This document shows, in pieces, positions 1-18,000 of a stretch of DNA of 36,388 nucleotides (positions within the stretch are counted from its first letter, which is position 1; each line of letters begins with the position of its first letter). Under the pieces are notes generated by a model. That model saw only the letters and a program-made list of their open reading frames with translations, ran no database searches and had not been told where the DNA came from. This DNA is from Eledone cirrhosa (lineage: Eukaryota). The position numbers and the translations under genes were made by a program. The stretch covers positions 1 to 36,388 of the forward strand of contig CAXHJY010000581.1 of NCBI GenBank assembly GCA_964016885.1, given 5' to 3'.

Positions 1-3000
1 TTCTGTCACCACTACACCCTATATATATAACTTCTGTCACCACTACACCCTATATATATAACTTCTGTCACCACTACACCCTATATAACCTTCTGTCACC
101 ACTACACCCTATATAACTTCTGTCACCACTACACCCTATATATATAACTTCTGTCACCACTACACCCTATATATATAACTTCTGTCACCACTACACCCTA
201 TATATATAACTTCTGTCACCACTACACCCTATATAACTTCTGTCACCACTACACCCTAATATATAACTTCTGTCACCACTACACCCTATATATATAACTT
301 CTGTCACCACTACACCCTATATAACTTCTGTCACCACTACACCCTATATAACTTCTGTCACCACTACACCCTATATATATAACTTCTGTCACCACTACAC
401 CCTATATATAACTTCTGTCACCACTACACCCTATATAACTTCTGTCACCACTACACCCTATATATATAACTTCTGTCACCACTACACCCTATATAACTTC
501 TGTCACCACTACACCCTATATATATAACTTCTGTCACCACTACACCCTATATATATAACTTCTGTCACCACTACACCCTATATATATAACTTCTGTCACC
601 ACTACACCCTATATATATAACTTCTGTCACCACTACACCCTATATATATAACTTCTGTCACCACTACACCCTATATATATAACTTCTGTCACCACTACAC
701 CCTATATATATAACTTCTGTCACCACTACACCCTATATAACTTCTGTCACCACTACACCCTATATATATAACTTCTGTCACCACTACACCCTATATAACT
801 TCTGTCACCACTACGACCCTATATATATAACTTCTGTCACCACTACACCCTATATATATAACCTCTGTCACCACTACACCCTATATATATAACTTCTGTC
901 ACCACTACACCCTATATAACTTCTGTCACCACTACACCCTATATATATAACTTCTGTCACCACTACACCCTATATATATAACTTCTGTCACCACTACACC
1001 CTATATATATAACATCTGTCACCACTACACCCTATATATATAACTTCTGTCACCACTACACCCTATATAACTTCTGTCACCACTACACCCTATATATATA
1101 ACCTCTGTCACCACTACACCCTATATATATAACTTCTGTCACCACTACACCATATATAACTTCTGTCACCACTACACCCTATATAACTTCTGTCACCACT
1201 ACACCCTATATATATAACATCTGTCACCACTACACCCTATATAACTTCTGTCACCACTACACCCTATATATATAACTTCTGTCACCACTACACCCTATAT
1301 AACTTCTGTCACCACTACACCCTATATAACTTCTGTCACCACTACACCCTATATATATAACTTCTGTCACCACTACACCCTATATATATAACTTCTGTCA
1401 CCACTACACCCTATATAACCTCTGTCACCACTACACCCTATATAACTTCTGTCACCACTACACCCTATATATATAACCTCTGTCACCACTACACCCTATA
1501 TATATAACTTCTGTCACCACTACACCCTATATAACTTCTGTCACCACTACACCCCTATATATATAACTTCTGTCACCACTACACCCTATATATATAACTT
1601 CTGTCACCACTACACCCTATATAACTTCTGTCACCACTACACCCTATATAACTTCTGTCACCACTACACCCTATATAACTTCTGTCACCACTACCCCCTA
1701 TATAACATCTGTCACCACTACACCCTATATAACTTCTGTCACCACTACACCCTATATAACCTCTGTCACCACTACACCCTATATAACTTCTGTCACCACT
1801 ACACCCTATATATATAACTTCTGTCACCACTACACCCTATATAACCTCTGTCACCACTACACCCTATATAACCTCTGTCACCACTACACCCTATATAACT
1901 TCTGTCACCACTACACCCTATATATATAACTCTGTCACCACTACACCCTATATATATAACTTCTGTCACCACTACACCCTATATATATAACTTCTGTCAC
2001 CACTACACCCTATATATATAACTTCTGTCACCACTACACCCTATATAACTTCTGTCACCACTACACCCTATATATATAACTTCTGTCACCACTACACCCT
2101 ATATAACTTCTGTCACCACTACACCCTATATATATAACTTCTGTCACCACTACACCCTATATAACTTCTGTCACCACTACACCCTATATATATAACTTCT
2201 GTCACCTACTACACCCTATATAACTTCTGTCACCACTACACCCTATATAACTTCTGTCACCACTACACCCTATATATATAACTTCTGTCACCACTACACC
2301 CTATATATATAACATCTGTCACCACTACACCCTATATAACTTCTGTCACCACTACACCCTATATAACTTCTGTCACCACTACACCCTATATAACATCTGT
2401 CACCACTACACCCTATATATATAACTTCTGTCACCACTACACCCTATATAACCTCTGTCACCACAACACCATATATATATAACCTCTGTCACCACTACAC
2501 CCTATATATATAACTTCTGTCACCACTACACCCTATATAACATCTGTCACCACTACACCCTATATAACTTCTGTCACCACTACACCCTATATAACTTCTG
2601 TCACCACTACACCCTATATATATAACTTCTGTCACTACTACACCCTATATATATAACTTCTGTCACCACTACACCCTATATAACATCTGTCACCACTACA
2701 CCCTACATAACTTCTGTCACCACTACACCCTATATAACTTCTGTCACCACTACACCCTATATATATAACCTCTGTCAACACTACACCCTATATATATAAC
2801 TTCTGTCACTACTACACCCTATATATATAACATCTGTCACCACTACACCCTATATATATAACTTCTGTCACCACTACACCCTATATATATAACCTCTGTC
2901 ACCACTACACCCTATATATATAACTCTGTCACCACTACACCCTATATATATATAACTTCTGTCACCACTACACCCTATATATATAACTTCTGTCACCACT

Positions 3001-6000
3001 ACACCCTATATAACTTCTGTCACCACTACACCCTATATAACTTCTGTCACCACTACACCCTATATAACTTCTGTCACCACTACACCCTATATATATAACA
3101 TCTGTCACCACTACACCCTATATAACTTCTGTCACCACTACACCCTATATATATAACTTCTGTCACCACTACACCTTATATAACTTCTGTCACCACTACA
3201 CCCTATATAACTTCTGTCACCACTACACCCTATATATATAACTTCTGTCACCACTACACCCTATATAACTTCTGTCACCACTACACCCTATATATATAAC
3301 TTCTGTCACCACTACACCCTATATAACCTCTGTCACCACTACACCCTATATAACTTCTGTCACCACTACACCCTATATATATAACATCTGTCACCACTAC
3401 ACCCTATATAACTTCTGTCACCACTACACCCTATATAACTTCTGTCACCACTACACCCTATATATATAACTTCTGTCACCACTACACCCTATATAACTTC
3501 TGTCACCACTACACCCTATATATATAACCTCTGTCACCACTACACCCTATATATATAACTTCTGTCACCACTACACCCTATATATATATAACTTCTGTCA
3601 CCACTACACCCTATATATATAACTTCTGTCACCACTACACCCTATATAACTTCTGTCACCACTACGCCCTATATATATAACTTCTGTCACCACTACACCC
3701 TATATATATAACTTCTGTCACCACTACACCCTATATAACTTCTGTCACCACTACACCCTATATATATAACTTCTGTCACCACTACACCCTATATAACTTC
3801 TGTCACCACTACACCCTATATATATAACTTCTGTCACCACTACACCCTATATATATAACTCTGTCACCACTACACCCTATATATATAACTTCTGTCACCA
3901 CTACACCCTATATATATAACTTCTGTCACCACTACGCCCTATATATATAACTTCTGTCACCACTACACCCTATATATATAACTTCTGTCACCACTACACC
4001 CTATATATATAACTTCTGTCACCACTACACCCTATATAACTTCTGTCACCACTACACCCTATATATATAACTTCTGTCACCACTACACCCTATATAACTT
4101 CTGTCACCACTACACCCTATATATATAACTTCTGTCACCACTACACCCTATATAACTTCTGTCACCACTACACCCTATATATATAACTTCTGTCACCACT
4201 ACACCCTATATATATAACCTCTGTCACCACTACACCCTATATATATAACTTCTGTCACTACTACACCCTATATAACTTCTGTCACCACTACACCCTATAT
4301 ATATAACTTCTGTCACCACTACACCCTATATATATAACCTCTGTCACCACTACACCCTATATATATAACATCTGTCACCACTACACCCTATATATATAAC
4401 TTCTGTCACCACTACACCCTATATAACTTCTGTCACCACTACACCCTATATAACTTCTGTCACCACTACACCCTATATATATAACTTCTGTCACCACTAC
4501 ACCCTATATAACTTCTGTCACCACTACACCCTATATAACTTCTGTCACCACTACACCCTATATATATAACATCTGTCACCACTACACCCTATATAACTTC
4601 TGTCACCACTACACCCTATATATATAACTTCTGTCACCACTACACCCTATATAACTTCTGTCACCACTACACCCTATTTAACTTCTGTCACCACTACACC
4701 CTATATAACTTCTGTCACCACTACACCCTATATATATAACATCTGTCACCACTACACCCTATATAACCTCTGTCACCACTACACCCTATATAACTTCTGT
4801 CACCACTACACCCTATATAAATAACATCTGTCACCACTACACCCTATATAACTTCTGTCACCACTACACCCTATATAACTTCTGTCACCACTACACCCTA
4901 TATATATAACTTCTGTCACCACTACACCCTATATAACTTCTGTCACCACTACACCCTATATAACTTCTGTCACCACTACACCCTATATATATAACCTCTG
5001 TCACCACTACACCCTATATATATAACTTCTGTCACCACTACACCCTATATATATAACTTCTGTCACCACTACACCCTATATATATAACCTCTGTCACCAC
5101 TACACCCTCTATATATATAACTTCTGTCACCACTACACCCTATATATATAACTTCTGTCACCACTACACCCTATATAACTTCTGTCAACACTACGCCCTA
5201 TATATATAACTTCTGTCACCACTACACCCTATATATATAACTTCTGTCACCACTACACCCTATATAACTTCTGTCACCACTACACCATATATATATAACT
5301 TCTGTCACCACTACACCCTATATAACTTCTGTCACCACTACACCCTATATATATAACTCTGTCACCACTACACCCTATATATATAACTTCTGTCACCACT
5401 ACACCCTATATATATAACTTCTGTCACCACTACACCCTATATATATAACCTCTGTCACCACTACACCCTATATATATAACTTCTGTCACCACTACACCCT
5501 ATATATATAACTTCTGTCACCACTACACCCTATATAACTTCTGTCACCACTACGCCCTATATATATAACTTCTGTCACCACTACACCCTATATATATAAC
5601 TTCTGTCACCACTACACCCTATATAACTTCTGTCACCACTACACCATATATATATAACTTCTGTCACCACTACACCCTATATAACTTCTGTCACCACTAC
5701 ACCCTATATATATAACTCTGTCACCACTACACCCTATATATATAACTTCTGTCACCACTACACCCTATATATATAACTTCTGTCACCACTACACCCTATA
5801 TAACTTCTGTCACCACTACACCCTATATATATAACTTCTGTCACCACTACACCCTATATATATAACTTCTGTCACCACTACACCCTATATATATAACTTC
5901 TGTCACCACTACACCCTATATAACTTCTGTCACCACTACACCCTATATATATAACTTCTGTCACTACTACACCCTATATAACTTCTGTCACCACTACACC

Positions 6001-9000
6001 CTATATATATAACTTCTGTCACCACTACACCCTATATATATAACCTCTGTCACCACTACGCCCTATATATATACTTCTGTCACCACTACACCCTATATAA
6101 CTTCTGTCACCACTACACCCTATATATATAACTTCTGTCACCACTACACCCTATATATATAACTTCTGTCACCACTACACCCTATATATATAACTTCTGT
6201 CACCACTACACCCTATATAACTTCTGTCACCACTACACCCTATATATATAACTTCTGTCACCACTACACCCTATATAACTTCTGTCACCACTACGCCCTA
6301 TATATATAACTTCTGTCACCACTACACCCTATATAACATCTGTCACCACTACACCCTATATATATAACTTCTGTCACCACTACACCCTATATAACTTCTG
6401 TCACCACTACACCCTATATATATAACTTCTGTCACCACTACACCCTATATAACTTCTGTCACCACTACACCCTATATAACTTCTGTCACCACTACACCCT
6501 ATATATATAACTTCTGTCACCACTACACCCTATATATATAACTTCTGTCACCACTACACCCTATATAACTTCTGTCACCACTACACCCTATATAACTTCT
6601 GTCACCACTACACCCTATATATATAACATCTGTCACCACTACACCCTATATAACCTCTGTCACCACTACACCCTATATAACTTCTGTCACCACTACACCC
6701 TATATATATAACATCTGTCACCACTACACCCTATATAACTTCTGTCACCACTACACCCTATATAACTTCTGTCACCACTACACCCTATATAACTTCTGTC
6801 ACCACTACACCCTATATATATAACCTCTGTCACCACTACACCCTATATATATAACTTCTGTCACCACTACACCCTATATATATAACTTCTGTCACCACTA
6901 CACCCTATATATATAACTTCTGTCACCACTACACCCTATATAACTTCTGTCACCACTACGCCCTATATATATAACTTCTGTCACCACTACACCCTATATA
7001 TATAACCTCTGTCACCACTACACCCTATATATATAACTTCTGTCACTACTACACCCTATATAACTTCTGTCACCACTACCCCCTATATATATAACTTCTG
7101 TCACCACTACACCCTATATATATAACCTCTGTCACCACTACACCCTATATATATAACATCTGTCACCACTACACCCTATATATATAACTTCTGTCACCAC
7201 TACACCCTATATAACTTCTGTCACCACTACACCCTATATATATAACCTCTGTCACCACTACACCCTATATATATAACTTCTGTCACCACTACACCCTATA
7301 TAACTTCTGTCACCACTACACCCTATATATATAACATCTGTCACCACTACACCCTATATATATAACTTCTGTCACCACTACACCCTATATATATAACTTC
7401 TGTCACCACTACACCCTATATAACTTCTGTCACCACTACACCCTATATAACTTCTGTCACCACTACACCCTATATATATAACTTCTGTCACCACTACACC
7501 CTATATATATAACTTCTGTCACCACTACATCCTATATAACTTCTGTCACCACTACACCCTATATAACTTCTGTCACCACTACACCCTATATATATAACAT
7601 CTGTCACCACTACACCCTATATAACCTCTGTCATCACTACACCCTATATAACTTCTGTCACCACTACACCCTATATATATAACCTCTGTCACCACTACAC
7701 CCTATATATATAACTTCTGTCACTACTACACCCTATATAACTTCTGTCACCACTACCCCCTATATATATAACTTCTGTCACCACTACACCCTATATATAT
7801 AACCTCTGTCACCACTACACCCTATATATATAACATCTGTCACCACTACACCCTATATATATAACTTCTGTCACCACTACACCCTATATAACTTCTGTCA
7901 CCACTACACCCTATATATATAACTTCTGTCACTACTACACCCTATATAACTTCTGTCACCACTACACCCTATATATATAACTTCTGTCACCACTACACCT
8001 TATATAACTTCTGTCACCACTACACCCTATATAACTTCTGTCACCACTACACCCTATATATATAACTTCTGTCACCACTACACCCTATATAACTTCTGTC
8101 ACCACTACACCCTATATAACTTCTGTCACCACTACACCCTATATATATAACATGTCACCACTACACCCTATATAACCTGTCACCACTACACCCTATATAA
8201 CTTCTGTCACCACTACACCCTATATATATAACATCTGTCACCACTACACCCTATATAACTTCTGTCACCACTACACCCTATATATATAACTCTGTCACCA
8301 CTACACCCTATATATATAACTTCTGTCACCACTACACCCTATATATATAACTTCTGTCACCACTACGCCCTATATATATAACTTCTGTCACCACTACACC
8401 CTATATATATAACTTCTGTCACCACTACACCCTATATATATAACTTCTGTCACCACTACACCCTATATATATAACTTCTGTCACCACTACACCCTATATA
8501 ACTTCTGTCACCACTACACCCTATATATATAACTTCTGTCACCACTACACCCTATATAACTTCTGTCACCACTACGCCCTATATATATAACTTCTGTCAC
8601 CACTACACCCTATATATATAACCTCTGTCACCACTACACCCTATATATATAACTTCTGTCACTACTACACCCTATATAACTTCTGTCACCACTACCCCCT
8701 ATATATATAACTTCTATCACCACTACACCCTATATATATAACCTCTGTCACCACTACACCCTATATATATAACCTCTGTCACCACTACACCCTATATATA
8801 TAACTTCTGTCACCACTACACCCTATATAACTTCTGTCACCACTACACCCTATATATATAACCTCTGTCACCACTACACCCTATATATATAACTTCTGTC
8901 ACCACTACACCCTATATATATAACATCTGTCACCACTACACCCTATATAACTTCTGTCACCACTACACCCTATATATATAACTTCTGTCACCACTACACC

Positions 9001-12000
9001 CTATATAACTTCTGTCACCACTACACCCTATATAACTTCTGTCACCACTACACCCTATATATATAACTTCTGTCACCACTACACCCTATATAACTTCTGT
9101 CACCACTACACCCTATATAACTTCTGTCACCACTACACCCTATATATATAACATCTGTCACCACTACACCCTATATAACTTCTGTCACCACTACACCCTA
9201 TATATATAACTTCTGTCACCACTACACCCTATATAACTTCTGTCACCACTACACCCTATATAACTTCTGTCACCACTACACCCTATATATATAACATCTG
9301 TCACCACTACACCCTATATAACCTCTGTCACCACTACACCCTATATAACTTCTGTCACCACTACACCCTATATAAATAACATCTGTCACCACTACACCCT
9401 ATATAACTTCTGTCACCACTACACCCTATATAACTTCTGTCACCACTACACCCTATATAACTTCTGTCACCACTACACCCTATATATATAACTTCTGTCA
9501 CCACTACACCCTATATAACTTCTGTCACCACTACACCCTATATAACTTCTGTCACCACTACACCCTATATATATAACCTCTGTCACCACTACACCCTATA
9601 TATATAACTTCTGTCACCACTACACCCTATATATATAACTTCTGTCACCACTACACCCTATATATATAACCTCTGTCACCACTACACCCTCTATATATAT
9701 AACTTCTGTCACCACTACACCCTATATATATAACTTCTGTCACCACTACACTCTATATAACTTCTGTCACCACTACACCCTATATATATAACTTCTGTCA
9801 CCACTACACCCTATATAACTTCTGTCACCACTACACCCTATATATATAACTCTGTCACCACTACACCCTATATATATAACTTCTGTCACCACTACACCCT
9901 ATATATATAACTTCTGTCACCACTACACCCTATATAACTTCTGTCACCACTACGCCCTATATATATAACTTCTGTCACCACTACACCCTATATATATAAC
10001 TTCTGTCACCACTACACCCTATATATATAACTTCTGTCACCACTACACCCTATATAACTTCTGTCACCACTACACCCTATATATATAACTTCTGTCACCA
10101 CTACACCCTATATAACTTCTGTCACCACTACACCCTATATATATAACCTCTGTCACCACTACACCCTATATATATTACTTCTGTCACTACTACACCCTAT
10201 ATAACTTCTGTCACCACTACCCCCTATATATATAACTTGTGTCACCACTACGCCCTATATATATAACTTCTGTCACCACTACACCCTATATATATAACCT
10301 CTGTCACCACTACGCCCTATATATATTACTTCTGTCACTACTACACCCTATATAACTTCTGTCACCACTACCCCCTATATATATAACTTCTGTCACCACT
10401 ACCCCCTATATATATAACTTCTGTCACCACTACACCCTATATAACTTCTGTCACCACTACACCCTATATATATAACTTCTGTCACCACTACACCCTATAT
10501 AACTTCTGTCACCACTACGCCCTATATATATAACTTCTGTCACCACTACACCTATATAACATCTGTCACCACTACACCCTATAATATAACTTCTGTCACC
10601 ACTACACCCTATATAACTTCTGTCACCACTACACCTATATATATAACTTCTGTCACCACTACACCCTATATAACTTCTGTCACCACTACACCCTATATAA
10701 CTTCTGTCACCACTACACCCTATATATATAACTTCTGTCACCACTACACCCTATATATATAACTTCTGTCACCACTACACCCTATATAACTTCTGTCACC
10801 ACTACACCCTATATAACTTCTGTCACCACTACACCCTATATATATAACATCTGTCAGCACTACACCCTATATAACCTCTGTCACCACTACACCCTATATA
10901 ACTTCTGTCACCACTACACCCTATATATATAACATCTGTCACCACTACACCCTATATAACTTCTGTCACCACTACACCCTATATAACTTCTGTCACCACT
11001 ACACCCTATATAACTTCTGTCACCACTACACCCTATATATATAACTTCTGTCACCACTACACCCTATATAACTTCTGTCACCACTACACCCTATATAACT
11101 TCTGTCACCACTACACCCTATATATATAACCTCTGTCACCACTACACCCTATATATATAACTTCTGTCACCACTACACCCTATATATATATAACTTCTGT
11201 CACCACTACACCCTATATATATAACTTCTGTCACCACTACACCCTATATAACTTCTGTCACCACTACGCCCTATATATATAACTTCTGTCACCACTACAC
11301 CCTATATATATAACTTCTGTCACCACTACACCCTATATAACTTCTGTCACCACTACACCCTATATATATAACTTCTGTCACCACTACACCCTATATAACT
11401 TCTGTCACCACTACACCCTATATATATAACTCTGTCACCACTACACCCTATATATATAACTTCTGTCACCACTACACCCTATATATATAACTTCTGTCAC
11501 CACTACACCCTGTATAACTTCTGTCACCACTACGCCCTATATATATAACTTCTGTCACCACTACACCCTATATATATAACTTCTGTCACCACTACACCCT
11601 ATATATATAACTTCTGTCACCACTACACCCTATATAACTTCTGTCACCACTACACCCTATATATATAACTTCTGTCACCACTACACCCTATATAACTTCT
11701 GTCACCACTACGCCCTATATATATAATTTCTGTCACCACTACACCCTATATATATAACCTCTGTCACCACTACACCCTATATATATAACTTCTGTCACTA
11801 CTACACCCTATATAACTTCTGTCACCACTACCCCCTATATATATAACTTCTGTCACCACTACACCCTATATATATAACCTCTGTCACCACTACACCCTAT
11901 ATATATAACATCTGTCACCACTACACCCTATATATATAACTTCTGTCACCACTACACCCTATATAACTTCTGTCACCACTACACCCTATATATATAACAT

Positions 12001-15000
12001 CTGTCACCACTACACCCTATATAACTTCTGTCACCACTACACCCTATATATATAACTTCTGTCACCACTACACCCTATATAACTTCTGTCACCACTACAC
12101 CCTATATAACTTCTGTCACCACTACACCCTATATATATAACTTCTGTCACCACTACACCCTATATATATAACTTCTGTCACCACTACATCCTATATAACT
12201 TCTGTCACCACTACACCCTATATAACTTCTGTCACCACTACACCCTATATATATAACATCTGTCACCACTACACCCTATATAACCTCTGTCACCACTACA
12301 CCCTATATAACTTCTGTCACCACTACACCCTATATATATAACCTCTGTCACCACTACACCCTATATATATAACTTCTGTCACTACTACACCCTATATAAC
12401 TTCTGTCACCACTACCCCCTATATATATAACTTCTGTCACCACTACACCCTATATATATAACCTCTGTCACCACTACACCCTATATATATAACATCTGTC
12501 ACCACTACACCCTATATATATAACTTCTGTCACCACTACACCCTATATAACTTCTGTCACCACTACACCCTATATATATAACCTCTGTCACCACTACACC
12601 CTATATACATAACTTCTGTCACCACTACACCCTATATAACTTCTGTCACCACTACACCCTATATAACTTCTGTCACCACTACACCCTATATATATAACTT
12701 CTGTCACCACTACACCCTATATAACTTCTGTCACCACTACACCCTATATAACTTCTGTCACCACTACACCCTATATATATATAACTTCTGTCACCACTAC
12801 ACCCTATATATATAACTTCTGTCACCACTACATCCTATATAACTTCTGTCACCACTACACCCTATATAACTTCTGTCACCACTACACCCTATATATATAA
12901 CATCTGTCACCACTACACCCTATATAACCTCTGTCACCACTACACCCTATATAACTTCTGTCACCACTACACCCTATATATATAACATCTGTCACCACTA
13001 CACCCTATATAACTTCTGTCACCACTACACTCTATATATATAACTTCTGTCACCACTACACCCTATATAACTTCTGTCACCACTACACCCTATATATATA
13101 ACTTCTGTCACCACTACACCCTATATAACTTCTGTCACCACTACACCCTATATATATAACTTCTGTCACCACTACACCCTATATATATAACTTCTGTCAC
13201 CACTACACCCTATATAACTTCTGTCACCACTACGCCCTATATATATAACTTCTGTCACCACTACACCCTATATATATAACTTCTGTCACCACTACACCCT
13301 ATATATATAACTTCTGTCACCACTACATCCTATATAACTTCTGTCACCACTACACCCTATATAACTTCTGTCACCACTACACCCTATATATATAACATCT
13401 GTCACCACTACACCCTATATAACCTCTGTCACCACTACACCCTATATAACTTCTGTCACCACTACACCCTATATAACTTCTGTCACCACTACACTCTATA
13501 TATATAACTTCTGTCACCACTACACCCTATATAACTTCTGTCACCACTACACCCTATATAACTTCTGTCACCACTACACCCTATATATATAACTTCTGTC
13601 ACCACTACACCCTATATATATAACTTCTGTCACCACTACACCCTATATATATAACTTCTGTCACCACTACACCCTATATAACTTCTGTCACCACTACACC
13701 CTATATAACTTCTGTCACCACTACACCCTATATATATAACTTCTGTCACCACTACACCCTATATATATAACTTCTGTCACCACTACACCCTATATAACTT
13801 CTGTCACCACTACTCCCTATATATATAACTTCTGTCACCACTACACCCTATATATATAACTTCTGTCACCACTACACCCTATTTATATAACTTCTGTCAC
13901 CACTACACCCTATATAACTTCTGTCACCACTACACCCTATATATATAACTTCTGTCACCACTACACCCTATATAACTTCTGTTACCACTACACCCTATAT
14001 ATATATAACTTCTGTCACCACTACACCCTATATAACATCTGTCACCACTACACCCTATATAACTTCTGTCACCACTACACCCTATATAACTTCTGTCACC
14101 ACTACACCCTATATAACTTCTGTCACCACTACACCCTATATAACTTCTGTCACCACTACACCCTATATATATAACTTCTGTCACCACTACACCCTATGTA
14201 TATAACTTCTGTTACCACTACACCCTATATATATAACATCTGTCACCACTACACCCTATATAACTTCTGTCACCACTACACCCTATATATATAACTTCTG
14301 TCACCACTACACCCTATATATATATAACCTCTGTCACCACTACACCCTATATAACATCTGTCACCACTACGCCCTATATATATAACTTCTGTTACCACTA
14401 CACCCTATATAACATGTCACCACTACACCCTATATATATAACTTCTGTTACCACTACACCCTATATAACATCTGTCACCACTACACCCTATATAACATCT
14501 GTCACCACTACACCCTATATAACTTCTGTCACCACTACACCCTATATAACTTCTGTCACCACTACACCCTATATAACTTCTGTCACCACTACACCCTATA
14601 TAACTTCTGTCACCACTACCCCCTATATATATAACCTCTGTCACTACTACACCCTATATATATATAACTTCTGTCACCACTACACCCTATATAACTTCTG
14701 TCACCACTACACCCTATATAACATCTGTCACCACTACGCCCTATATATATAACTTCTGTCACCACTACACCCTATATAACATCTGTCCCCACTACACCCT
14801 ATATAACATCTGTCACCACTACACCCTATATAATTTCTGTCACCACTACACCCTATATAACTTCTGTCACCACTACACCTTATATAACTTCTGTCACCAC
14901 TACACCCTATATATATAACTTCTGTTACCACTACACCCTATATAACTTCTGTCACCACTACACCCTATATATGTAACTTCTGTCACCACTACACCCTATA

Positions 15001-18000
15001 TATATAACATCTGTCACCACTACACCCTATATAACTTCTGTCACCACTACACCCTATATATATAACTTCTGTCACCACTACACCCTATATATATAACATC
15101 TGTCACCACTACACCCTATATAACTTCTGTCACCACTACACCCTATATAACTTCTGTCACCACTACACCCTATATATATAACATCTGTCACCACTACACC
15201 CTATATATATAACTTCTGTCACCACTACCCCCTATATAACTTCTGTCACCACTACACCCTATATATATAACTTCTGTCACCACTACACCCTATATATATA
15301 ACTTCTGTCACCACTACACCCTATATATATAACTTCTGTCACCACTACACCCTATATATATAACATCTGTCACCACTACACCCTATATAACATGTCACCA
15401 CTACACCCTATATATATAACTTCTGTTACCACTACACCCTATATAACTTCTGTCACCACTACACCCTATATAACTTCTGTCACCACTACACCCTATATAA
15501 CTTCTGTCACCACTACACCCTATATAACTTCTGTCACCACTACCCCCTATATATATTACCTCTGTCACTACTACACCCTATATATATATAACTTCTGTCA
15601 CCACTACACCCTATATAACTTCTGTCACCACTACGCCCTATATATATAACTTCTGTCACCACTACACCCTATATAACATCTGTCACCACTACACCCTATA
15701 TAACATCTGTCACCACTACGCCCTATATATATAACCTCTGTCACTACTACACCCTATATAACTTCTGTCACCACTACACCCTATATAACTTCTGTCACCA
15801 CTACACCCTATATATATAACTTCTGTCACCACTACACCCTATATATATAACATCTGTCACCACTACACCCTATATAACTTCTGTCACCACTACACCCTAT
15901 ATAACTTCTGTCACCACTACACCCTATATAACTTCTGTCACCACTACACCCTATATATATAACTTCTGTCACCACTACACCCTATATATATAACATCTGT
16001 CACCACTACACCCTATATATATAACTTCTGTCACCACTACACCCTATATAACTTCTGTCACCACTACACCCTATATATATAACTTCTGTCACCACTACAC
16101 CCTATATATATAACTTCTGTCACCACTACACCCTATATATATATAACTTCTGTCACCACTACACCCTATATAACTTCTGTCACCACTACACCCTATATAT
16201 ATAACTTCTGTCACCACTACACCCTATATATATAACTTCTGTCACCACTACACCCTATATAACTTCTGTCACCACTACCCCCTATATAACTTCTGTCACC
16301 ACTACACCCTATATATATAACTTCTGTCACCACTACACCCTATATATATAACTTCTGTCACCACTACACCCTATATAACTTCTGTCACCACTACCCCCTA
16401 TATATATAACTTCTGTCACAACTACACCCAATATATATAATTTCTGTCACCACTACCCCCTATATAACTTCTGTCACCACTACCCCCTATATATATAAGT
16501 TCTGTCACCACTACACCCAATATATATAACTTCTGTCACCACTACACCCTATATAACATCTGTCACCACTACACCCTATATAACTTCTGTCACCACTACA
16601 CCCTATATATATAACCTCTGTCACCACTACACCCTATATAACTTCTGTCACCACTACACCCTATATATATAACTTCTGTCACAACTACACCCAATATATA
16701 TAACTTCTGTCACCACTACACCCTATATATATAACTTCTGTCACCACTACACCCTATATAACTTCTGTCACCACTACGCCCTATATATATAACATCTGTC
16801 ACCACTACACCCTATATAACTTCTGTCACCACTACACCCTATATATAACTTCCGTCACCACTACACCCTATATATAACTTCTGTCACCACTACACCCTAT
16901 ATAACTTCTGTCACCACTACACCCTATATATATAACTTCTGTCACCACTACACCCTATATATATAACATCTGTCACCACTACACCCTATATAACTTCTGT
17001 CACCACTACACCCTATATATAACTTCCGTCACCACTACACCCTATATATAACTTCTGTCACCACTACACCCTATATAACTTCTGTCACCACTACACCCTA
17101 TATAACTTCTGTCACCACTACACCCTATATAACTTCTGTCACCACTACGCCCTATATATATAACTTCTGTCACCACTACACCCTATATAACTTCTGTCAC
17201 CACTACACCCTATATATATAACTTCTGTCACCACTATACCCTATATAACTTCTGTCACCACTACCCCCTATATAACTTCTGTCACCACTACACCCTATAT
17301 AACTTCTGTCACCACTAAACCCTATATATATAACTTCTGTCACCACTACACCCTATATATATAACTTCTGTCACCACTACACCCTATATAACTTGTCACC
17401 ACTACCCCCTATATAACTTCTGTCACCACTACACCCTATATATATAACCTCTGTCACCACTACACCCTATATATATAACTTCTGTCACCACTACACCCTA
17501 TATATAAAACTTCTGTCACCACTACACCCTATATATATAACATCTGTCACCACTACACCCTATATAACTTCTGTCACCACTACCCCCTATATAACTTCTG
17601 TCACCACTACCCCCTATATAACTTCTGTCACCACTACACCCTATATATATAACTTCTGTCACCACTACACCCTATATAACTTCTGTCACCACTACACCCT
17701 ATATAACTTCTGTCACCACTACGCCCTATATATATAACTTCTGTCACCACTACCCCCTATATAACTTCTGTCACCACTACACCCTATATAACTTCTGTCA
17801 CCACTACACCCTATATATATAACTTCTGTCACCACTACACCCTATATATATATAACTTCTGTCACCACTACACCCTATATAACTTCTGTCACCACTACAC
17901 CCCATATAACATCTGTCACCACTACACCCTATATAACTTCTGTCACCACTACACCCTATATAACTTCTGTCACTACTACACCCTATATAACATCTGTCAC

